Source of the DNA: Sedimentisphaerales bacterium
GTDB lineage: Bacteria > Planctomycetota > Phycisphaerae > Sedimentisphaerales > Anaerobacaceae
NCBI GenBank assembly: GCA_963708075.1
Contig: OY970194.1
Location: forward strand, 3,904,001 to 3,968,000
DNA: 64,000 bases
Direction of reading: 5' to 3'
In this document: positions 43,167 through 51,329 of the stretch, in pieces
Layout of the letters: each line of letters starts with the position of its first letter
How positions within the stretch are numbered: the first letter of the stretch is position 1
Notes under the pieces: generated by a model
What the model saw: only the letters and a program-made list of their open reading frames with translations
Told to the model about the DNA's origin: nothing
Database searches by the model: none
Translations under genes and position numbers: made by a program

Positions 43167-45334
43167 TCTCACGACAATCCTGGCCGACAGAAGTCGATGG
43201 ATCGCCGTGGCCTGCCTGTGCAGCGTCGCGATTCCCGTCTATTGGCTCAGAAATGCCCGCGTCGATAACTCAATCGAGGTGTGGACGGGGACAAGGAGCA
43301 GGACGCACCGCAGCTATCAGCAGTTCCTAGAGAAATACGGGAACGAGGAGTTCGTCGTGATTGCCGGCGAGGCAGAGGACCCGCTCTCCGAGGAGACATT
43401 GGCCTTTCAGGGCGACCTGGCGTCGCGCCTGCGACAGATCGATGGGGTGGAAGGCGTTCTGGATATTACGCAGGCGGCCGCCGCCTTCGAAAAGTACAGG
43501 CCCGAGGACTGGAAAGAGTCTCTCAGCGGCACCGGCTTTTTTCGGAATCTGCTGCTCGGCAAAGATGGACGCACATTCGGCGTCATCGCCTGGCTGCGGA
43601 AGATTGATGATCCCCCTTCGAGAAGGCTCGTGGTCGAAGAGATCGAGTCGGCGGTTGCCCAAGTCGCCGGTGACGGGAGGCAGATGCATCTGGCCGGGAC
43701 GCCGCTATTGAACGTAGCCCTCGACCGCGGCTCCCAGGAAGCATCCCGGCGGATTCTGCCCGCGGCCCTGGCTGTCTCCCTGGTTATTCTGGCGATCGTT
43801 CTGCGACGCGTCAGTGGAGTCATCGCGGTGATGGCCGCGGTGGGCGTGACCACGCTCTGGACTGTTGGCCTGATGGTTCTGGCCGGCAGAACCTTCAACA
43901 TGGTAACGGTGGCTCTCCCTTCCCTGCTGACGGTTCTTTCGCTCTCGGCCGGGATTCACATCGTCTTGCGAATCCAGTCGCTGCTGGCTGACATGGGGGA
44001 CCGCCGCGCCGCCGTGCGCGAGACTATTCGGGAAGTATTGCCGGCGGTTCTTCTATCGAATGTCACCACGGCCATCGGATTCGGCTCCTTGATGATCTCG
44101 GACATGCAGCCTGTCTCGGACTTCGGGTTGTTCGCCGCCGTCGGCATGATGCTCTCATTCCTTTTCAATGCGACCATGGTGCCGGGAATTCTCTCCTGGC
44201 TGCGTCCTGGTGCTATCACAGTCTCTGCGAGAACCGACGCACTGGACCTCGCCCGTGGGGCGGGCCGTCGCATCACGAAGAATCTGGTTCCTGGGCTCCG
44301 CGCTCGTCATACTGGTCGTCTCACTGCTGCTTATGACGGGACTTCGCGTGGAGTCGAATGTGCTGAAGTTCTTCCCGGCCGATTCAAAGGTCCGCCGGGA
44401 TTACCAGTTCGTTGCCGAGCAGCTCACGGGCCTGTACACCATCGAGCTCGATGCCGTGACCGACTCGCAGAACGGGAGCGTCCTGCTCAAGCAGATCGAG
44501 CAGCTAGGCACTGAACTGGCCGCGCGATCCGAGGTGGCTCAGGTGATTCACTACAAAAGTATCGCCACCGCCCTGGACCCAATTCGCCAGTCTGTTTTCG
44601 TCGAGACGGCCAGGGCTTCGGAGAATCCCCTGAAGCTCCTGGCGAAGAAATACCGTCATGCGGACGACGGTCGAATCTCGCTGCGAATGTCGATCCTGGT
44701 GCGTGCAATGTCAGGCACGGACTTCTATGCCTTGATGGATTTCGCACAGCAGGCGGCACAGCGGCTTGAGCCTCCGGCCACATACACGCTGACCGGCGTG
44801 GTCCCGCTGCTGAATTCGGCCCAGCGATCTCTGATCACCACGCAGGTCCGCAGTTTCGCCACAGCGGCAATCACAGTGCTGGCCCTGGTTGGCCTGTTCT
44901 TCTGGTCCTGGAGGGTCTTCCTCGCGGCCGCACTGCCCAATCTGCTCCCGACGGCGATCCTCTTTGCCGCGATGGCGGTTCTGAAGATACCCTTGGACGC
45001 GGCGACAGTCATGATCGCAGGCGTAGCTATCGGCATCGCCGTCGATGATACTTTCCACTTCTTCTCCTGCTACCGCGAGGCGAGGCAATCCGGGCAGGAC
45101 AGCCCGACGGCGATTTACAACAGCTTTCGCACGACCGGACGAGCCATCTTGTTCACGTCCGTCGTCGCCACCGCCGGCTTTGTCATTCTTCTGCTGGCCG
45201 AGTTCAAGCCGATCCAGTACTTTGGCCTTCTGGCCGGCGTGACCATGCTCACAGCCAGTGCGGCCGATTTCCTCGTGCTGCCGGCCTGCGTGGCTTCTGT
45301 GAACCTGTGGCATCGACAAGGGCAAGAACAGTGA
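43156..45334 (+). CDS. MMPL/RND-family transporter; frameshift at about 44232
   Basis: Two repeats of TM + soluble loop + 5 TM; TTAIGFGSL, IGIAVDDTFH, DFLVLPA. Confidence 0.88.
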
Positions 45335-46413
45335 ACGTGAAATCATCGTTTCTCGTCAGACTTGAGCACGTCCTTCGAATCCACTTCGATGCCAATCGCG
45401 GTGCGCCCTATTGGCTCGAGAAACAGCGTGAGCTTGGGATCGACGCCATCGAACACATTCGAACCATCGAGGACCTCGCCCTCCTCGGGCCTATGGATGA
45501 GCGTGCGCTGTCCGAGCGCCCTATCGAGGATTTCATTCCCAGGGTATTTCGCGAAAACAACGATCATCTTCTCGCCGAGACAGCCGGGACCCTGGGCAGG
45601 CCTAAAACCGCCGTCCACAGAGCGGATGAATTCGAAGCGGCCTTCATCGTGCCATTCGTCAAGGCCGCCGGCAGAGCGGACTTTCCCGAAGGCGGCCACT
45701 GGCTGTTCATCGGGCCGACAGGGCCACACATCATCGGCCGGGCGGCACGGCGGTGCGCCAGAGCCCTTGGCGCCGCGGACGCATTCACGGTGGATTTCGA
45801 TCCGCGATGGGCCAAGAAACTCCCGGCCGGCAGCTTCGCCGCGAAGCGATACCTGGCGCACATCGAGGAACAGGCTTTGGCCGTTCTCGAAGTCCAGAAT
45901 ATCGAGGTGCTCTTCGTGACGCCCGCTGTCTTAAGCAGTCTGACCGAGAGAATCAGCGAGGCGAAGCGCATGGCCATTCGCGGAATCCACCTGGGCGGCA
46001 TGGCAGCCTCGGCCGAGTTCATGCAGCGCACGACGGGACTGTTCCCCAACGCAGTGATCCTGTCAGGCTACGGCAATACTCTGTTTGGAATGATGCCGCA
46101 ACTTTGCTACTCGCATGAGACAGGTTTCGACTACTTCCCGCATGGCGACCGTCTCGTCGTTCGCCTGATCCCACTGTGCGAGGATGGGGACAAGCCGGAA
46201 ACCGCCGCCCATGTCGATTACGGCCGGCGGGGCCGGGTCATGGTGCACCGGCTGGATGAAATGCAGTTTCTGCCGAACCTGCTCGAACGGGACACCGCCG
46301 TACGGATTCCTCCGGAGCCCAGCGCCGCAGCCGACGGCTTCTTCCAGGATGGTCTCCGCGACCCGCAGCCGATCGTCAGCGAAACCATGAAGCCGGCCAT
46401 AGGATTATATTGA
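45331..46413 (+). CDS. EhpF/GriC-like aryl-carboxylate adenylating protein
   Basis: HF...GAPYWL, ETAGTLGRPK, GPTGPHIIG, VDFDPRWAKK, GYGNTL, LERDTAVRIP and C-terminal GLY match my recollection of the phenazine EhpF/grixazone GriC family. Confidence 0.78.
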   Translation: MNVKSSFLVRLEHVLRIHFDANRGAPYWLEKQRELGIDAIEHIRTIEDLALLGPMDERALSERPIEDFIPRVFRENNDHLLAETAGTLGRPKTAVHRADEFEAAFIVPFVKAAGRADFPEGGHWLFIGPTGPHIIGRAARRCARALGAADAFTVDFDPRWAKKLPAGSFAAKRYLAHIEEQALAVLEVQNIEVLFVTPAVLSSLTERISEAKRMAIRGIHLGGMAASAEFMQRTTGLFPNAVILSGYGNTLFGMMPQLCYSHETGFDYFPHGDRLVVRLIPLCEDGDKPETAAHVDYGRRGRVMVHRLDEMQFLPNLLERDTAVRIPPEPSAAADGFFQDGLRDPQPIVSETMKPAIGLY

Positions 46414-47123
46414 TGTTGCAAGCTGCATCGGAAGAACATGTGACGTTCCTGAGCGGAGCGGTTCGGCTCAGAGGAGTCCTCTCCTACCCGGAGCAGGCCC
46501 GGCCGGAGCTTGCGGTGCTGTTGTGCTCTCCGCACCCGCACTTTGCCGGTGACATGAACAACAACGTGATCTGCGCCGTCGCCCAACGTCTCGCCGCTCG
46601 CTGCGCGGTCATGCGATTCGATTACCGGGGTGTCGGGGAAAGTGAGATCAGCCTGGGGCCCGACGAGTCGGCCTTTGACTACTGGAATGAGATTGAGGAG
46701 ACGAAGGATTATCGCGATGCCGTCGAGGATGTCGCTGCGGCGGCCCGGGCACTGCTCGCGGCGACGGAGTCTCTCGACGTGGGCCTGTCAGTCGTGGGCT
46801 ATTCGTTCGGTGCGGCCACAGGCATGCTCTTTGCCTGCCACGAGAGCCGCGTGGAGAAGATGGTTGCGATCGCCCCGCCGCTGGGCAAGGTGCCTTTCGA
46901 ATTCCTTTCGGATTGCTGCAAGCCCAGCCTCCATATAGCCGGGAGGAACGACTTCCTGTATTCGGATGAGAAGATGGCCGCGTTTCGTCGGTCCGTTGGA
47001 CCGGCGGCGAGAGTTGTGGTCCTGGATGAGGCGGACCACTTCTTCCGAGGCGACGAGAACTCGGTGGCACGACAAATCGAGGAATATCTGCTTGGTACAA
47101 AAGGAAATCAGCATGGGTCTTGA
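46413..47123 (+). CDS. Alpha/beta hydrolase (COG2945-like)
   Basis: PHPHFAGDMNNNV, RFDYRGVGES, GYSFG nucleophile elbow, ADHFF. Confidence 0.88.
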   Translation: MLQAASEEHVTFLSGAVRLRGVLSYPEQARPELAVLLCSPHPHFAGDMNNNVICAVAQRLAARCAVMRFDYRGVGESEISLGPDESAFDYWNEIEETKDYRDAVEDVAAAARALLAATESLDVGLSVVGYSFGAATGMLFACHESRVEKMVAIAPPLGKVPFEFLSDCCKPSLHIAGRNDFLYSDEKMAAFRRSVGPAARVVVLDEADHFFRGDENSVARQIEEYLLGTKGNQHGS

Positions 47124-49080
47124 GAAGAAACCCGAGATTCTCGCTCCGGCCGGCACGCTGGATGCGGTCCGCCAGGTGATCGATGCCGGCGCCGACGCTG
47201 TCTACGTCGGCGGCAAGGGTCTCAATATGAGGCAGCATCGGTCAAGCTATAACCTGACCGAGCCGGAGATCGCCGAGGCAATCGAGCTCGTTCACCGCGA
47301 GGGCAAGAGGCTCTATTTCACGCTGAATAGTCTGATCTTCGATTCGCAGCTCCCGCAGTTGCGGGAAGTTCTGGCCATGCTCGGCCGGCTCGGCCCCGAC
47401 GCCATCATCCTCCAGGATCTGGCCGTGGCAAGCCTGGCTCGGGAGATTTGCGTGCACGTGCCGCTCCACGCCAGCACGATGATGAACGTGCACAATGCGG
47501 AAACCGCCCTGGCGCTGAAGATGATGGGATTTGTGCGGGTCATTCCGTCCCGCGATATCCCGCTCCACGAGATCCGTCGTATCGGCGAGCGCTCGGGCCT
47601 GGAGATGGAGTGTTTCGTCCATGGCGATATGTGCATCTCGCAAAGCTCGCAATGCTACCTCAGCGGGATTCTCTTTGGCGAAAGCGCCAACTGCGGCCGC
47701 TGCATGAAGCCGTGCCGGTGGCAGTGGAAACTGGCCGTCCGTCAAGGCGACGGCGAATCGCTCGATCATGGAGAGGGCTACCTGCTGGCCCGCAAGGACC
47801 TGTGCATGCTGCCGCACATTCCGGCACTGGTCCAAAATGGCATCGCTGCCCTGAAGATCGAGGGCCGGATGCGGACGGCGGAGTTCCTGGCCCCTGTCGT
47901 GGCTCTTTATCGCAAGGCGATTGACTCCTATTTTGAAGATCCCGTGGGCTACACCACGAACGCGGGCGATATCCACAACCTCATCTCGCAACGCGTCCGC
48001 GAGATGACCACCGCGCACATGTTCGCCAATCCCGGCCGCGAGGGCGTTGACACGACGGGCAAGCGAGAACCCCGTTTCTTCAGCCATGCCTCCCCGGCCG
48101 CGCAGTTGACGGTGGGACAAGACGTGGCTCCGCACACCCCTGCAAAGTGGCCCGAACTGATCGTTCATGTCTCAACCGTGGCCGGGGCTGAAGCGGCTGC
48201 CGGCGCCGGCGCGAACGCGATCTACTTTTGTGGCGAAGGCTTCTGTCTGCACGGGGGAGTCCCGAGTGCGGAGGCCATCGGCAGCTTCGCCCGCAAGGCT
48301 GCTCAGAACAGCATTCGTATTGGTGTGATGATGCCGCACGTTTGCGATGAGCGGGACATGGCGGAGTGGAGGCGCCGCCTGCACGAACTCATCGCCTGGG
48401 GGAATCTCACCGTCGGTGTGTCGAATCTGGGCAGCCTGCAGATGGCTCGTGAGGAAAGGTGGCGTGACATCTTGACGGATTACCCGCTGAACACGGCCAA
48501 TTCCATTGCTGTCGATGAGCTTTCGACCCTTGGGGCACAGCGCGTCACGGCCTCGGCGGAGCTCACTTTTCAGCAGTTGTCTGCGTTCACAAAGGCGGTG
48601 CGGATGCCCATCGAGATCATCGGCCAAGGCCCAGTTTGTGGCATGCTGCTGGAGCATTGCGTGTTGGCGACTGCCGGCGGGCAGAACCCGCAGGGTGTTT
48701 GTTCGATGCCGTGCCGACGGGGTGTCTACGCACTGGAGGACACAGCATCACAGATCTTTCCGCTGGAGACGGACCGTCGTTGCCGCAATCATATCTTCAC
48801 GCCGGCGGATGTCTGCGTGTTGCCCAATCTCTCGCGGATGCTGTTGCTGGGCATCTCCGGCTTGCGGATTGAAGGCCACTTGGACAAGCCTGAAACGGTC
48901 GCAATCGTCACGCAAATCTATCGTGAAGCGATGGACTGTTTGAGAAATGGCCAAGCCATCGATGTCGCCGACGGGCTCTCGAAGATCTCCGCCGCCACAG
49001 AGCGCCCGCTCAGCGACGGGCCTTTTGACTTCCAGTCCATCAGGGTGATAGACAAGGAGAAAGAGCTTGCCCGAACATGA
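47113..49080 (+). CDS. U32-family Fe-S protein with two tandem U32 domains (O2-independent hydroxylase family)
   Basis: PEILAPAG, HASTMMN, Cx6Cx15Cx3C, LKIEGRMR; second domain Cx6Cx13Cx3C and LRIEG. Confidence 0.87.
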   Translation: MGLEKKPEILAPAGTLDAVRQVIDAGADAVYVGGKGLNMRQHRSSYNLTEPEIAEAIELVHREGKRLYFTLNSLIFDSQLPQLREVLAMLGRLGPDAIILQDLAVASLAREICVHVPLHASTMMNVHNAETALALKMMGFVRVIPSRDIPLHEIRRIGERSGLEMECFVHGDMCISQSSQCYLSGILFGESANCGRCMKPCRWQWKLAVRQGDGESLDHGEGYLLARKDLCMLPHIPALVQNGIAALKIEGRMRTAEFLAPVVALYRKAIDSYFEDPVGYTTNAGDIHNLISQRVREMTTAHMFANPGREGVDTTGKREPRFFSHASPAAQLTVGQDVAPHTPAKWPELIVHVSTVAGAEAAAGAGANAIYFCGEGFCLHGGVPSAEAIGSFARKAAQNSIRIGVMMPHVCDERDMAEWRRRLHELIAWGNLTVGVSNLGSLQMAREERWRDILTDYPLNTANSIAVDELSTLGAQRVTASAELTFQQLSAFTKAVRMPIEIIGQGPVCGMLLEHCVLATAGGQNPQGVCSMPCRRGVYALEDTASQIFPLETDRRCRNHIFTPADVCVLPNLSRMLLLGISGLRIEGHLDKPETVAIVTQIYREAMDCLRNGQAIDVADGLSKISAATERPLSDGPFDFQSIRVIDKEKELART

Positions 49081-50359
49081 GCCCATAGGCCCGCAGGCGA
49101 TTCTGGCCAAGAAGCAGCAATACCTGATTCCCTGCTCGTACCATTTCTACAGGGATCCGCCTCAAATCGTGCGCGGCCAGGGGATCTACGTGTACGATTC
49201 CGCCGGCCGCAGGTACATGGACCTCTACTCCGGCGTGAGCGTTCATGCGCTGGGCCACTGCCATCCGGAGATGGTCGAGGCCATCTGCCAGCAAGTCAGA
49301 ACCCTGCAACATACAAGCACGATCTACCTGACAGAGCCCATTGTGAACCTGGCCGAGCAACTGGCGAAGGTGCTTCCCGGGCAGATTCGCAGGACTTTCT
49401 TCTGCTGCAGCGGCAGTGAAGCCAATGAAGGGGCGGCTTTGCTGGCGACGCTCCATACCGGCCGAAGCGAGTTCCTGGCCTTCCAGAATGGCTTGCACGG
49501 CCGCACGAAGTTGGGCATGAGCCTGACAGGCCTTGGTCTTTGGCGCACCGATCCCAACCCTGTCGGCGGGATTGTGCACGTGCCGCCGCCGCACTGCCGA
49601 AGTTGCCCGTTTGGGCAAAGTCTCGGCCAATGCCAATATCAGTGTGTCGCCGCTGTGGAGACCGCCATTCGCACGGCCACCAGCGGCAAGCCCGCCGCCA
49701 TGTTCGTCGAGCCCGTGCAAGGCAATGGCGGCATCATGGTCCCGCCGCCGGAGTACTTCCCCAAACTGCGTGAGGTCCTGAACCGGTACGGCATGCTGCT
49801 CATCGCTGATGAAGTCCAGACGGGTTTTGGACGCACCGGCAGAATGTTCGCTATGGAGCATTGGAACATCGCGCCCGATATTGTCACGGGCGGCAAGGCG
49901 CTGGGCGGGGGCACACCGGTGGGTTTCTTCTCCACGACCGACCAAATCGCCGCTAGTTATACCAGGCCCGGCGCATCGACCTTCGGCGGCAATCCCGTGA
50001 CGGCTCAGGCAGGCCTCAAGTTCCTGGAGATCCTGCAGCGTCAAGCCCTGGTGGACCACTGTGCCCGGATGGGAACCCTGTTACAGGGTCGCCTCAAGAA
50101 AATGGCTGAGAAGTCCGATATGGTCTCGGACGTTCGGGGTCTCGGATTGATGGTGGGGGTTGAGATCGCCGGGCATGGAACGCTATCTGCCGCCGAATGT
50201 ACGGATCGTATCCTAGAACGCATGAAAGATGTGGGGTATTTGCTGGGCAAGACCGGCCCCAGCCGCAATGTCCTGACATGGATGCCCCCTCTGATCATTC
50301 GACAAGAAGAGCTGATGGAGGCTATCGACGCCCTTGAGAAGACTCTCCAAAGTCTGTGA
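49067..50359 (+). CDS. Class III PLP aminotransferase
   Basis: SGSEANE, EPVQGNGG, IADEVQTGFGRTG, PDIVTGGKALGGG, STFGGNP; TTG start with AAGGAG RBS. Confidence 0.93.
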   Translation: MPEHEPIGPQAILAKKQQYLIPCSYHFYRDPPQIVRGQGIYVYDSAGRRYMDLYSGVSVHALGHCHPEMVEAICQQVRTLQHTSTIYLTEPIVNLAEQLAKVLPGQIRRTFFCCSGSEANEGAALLATLHTGRSEFLAFQNGLHGRTKLGMSLTGLGLWRTDPNPVGGIVHVPPPHCRSCPFGQSLGQCQYQCVAAVETAIRTATSGKPAAMFVEPVQGNGGIMVPPPEYFPKLREVLNRYGMLLIADEVQTGFGRTGRMFAMEHWNIAPDIVTGGKALGGGTPVGFFSTTDQIAASYTRPGASTFGGNPVTAQAGLKFLEILQRQALVDHCARMGTLLQGRLKKMAEKSDMVSDVRGLGLMVGVEIAGHGTLSAAECTDRILERMKDVGYLLGKTGPSRNVLTWMPPLIIRQEELMEAIDALEKTLQSL

Positions 50360-51329
50360 CTCCCGGAGGCAGCCCGTTGCCAGGCTGCTCCTGGCAATAG
50401 CGGTATTCGCCATTCTCCTGGCGAGCTGCGCCTCATTCAAGCACCTGACGCTGGTGAGCAACACATTCCCGAGCGCCAAGGATTGTGGCAAATGCCACGT
50501 TGAGATCTACCATGAGTGGTCGCAGTCGGACCATGCTCACGCCTATACGAACCTGCACGTTCGGGCAGCAACAGATGATTACAGGTTCGAGAGCTGCCTG
50601 AGCTGCCACTCGCCCGAACCCACGCTGACGGATCGCGCTCCCACCGTTCGGGCGGCCGGCCGTGAGGAAGGGGTCACCTGCGTCGCCTGTCACCTCGATC
50701 AGGGTGCTCTTGCGGGTCCGCTGGAGCCGACCGGCAAAGTTCATCCGCATCCGATCAGCGTTCGGCCGGAAATCTACCACAGCAGTGGCATTTGCGGCCG
50801 ATGTCATGAAGGCACCATGACGCAGTGGGAATCAGTCCATGTGGAAAAACGAACTTGCCAACAGTGCCACATGGAATCCGTCACACGCAAGGTCACCCAG
50901 GCCACGGGCGGAATATCCAATGTCCTGGTGGCCATGGAGAAACAGGTCCCCCAGAGACGCCACAAGTTCTGCATTCTCGGCGACGCGCAATCACAAGAAC
51001 TCGTCACCCTGACGATCGAATCCTTGGGCGGCACGCTCGATGTTGTGGTCGAGAACAACCTGCCCCACAGCCTTCCGACAGGCGATTTCGGCTTTCGAAT
51101 CGTGACTCTGGAAGTCTTCGGCATCGACGCCGGCGGCAAGTCGATTCTCGCCGGAAGCTGGGAACTGGCTGGGGAATCCTCGACCGCCATTCCTGCGCAA
51201 GGGGCACGAGCGTGGTCATTGGATATCGGCCCCGGCTGCAAAACGGCCCGCGCCGTCCTGACTCGACGCAGCTACGACCAGGAGGCTCTCGTGCTGGCGG
51301 AGGCACAGGTGGAGGTGGCGAAGCCATGA
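50334..51329 (+). CDS. Pentaheme cytochrome c lipoprotein
   Basis: Lipobox LASC; CGKCH, CLSCH, CVACH, CGRCH, CQQCH; PHSLPTGD; start uncertain. Confidence 0.87.
   Translation: MRRLSKVCDSRRQPVARLLLAIAVFAILLASCASFKHLTLVSNTFPSAKDCGKCHVEIYHEWSQSDHAHAYTNLHVRAATDDYRFESCLSCHSPEPTLTDRAPTVRAAGREEGVTCVACHLDQGALAGPLEPTGKVHPHPISVRPEIYHSSGICGRCHEGTMTQWESVHVEKRTCQQCHMESVTRKVTQATGGISNVLVAMEKQVPQRRHKFCILGDAQSQELVTLTIESLGGTLDVVVENNLPHSLPTGDFGFRIVTLEVFGIDAGGKSILAGSWELAGESSTAIPAQGARAWSLDIGPGCKTARAVLTRRSYDQEALVLAEAQVEVAKP

Noticed and set aside
41679..50359. Hopanoid biosynthesis cluster
   Set aside because: No squalene synthase, squalene-hopene cyclase or HpnH; the radical SAM domains are Mqn-type.
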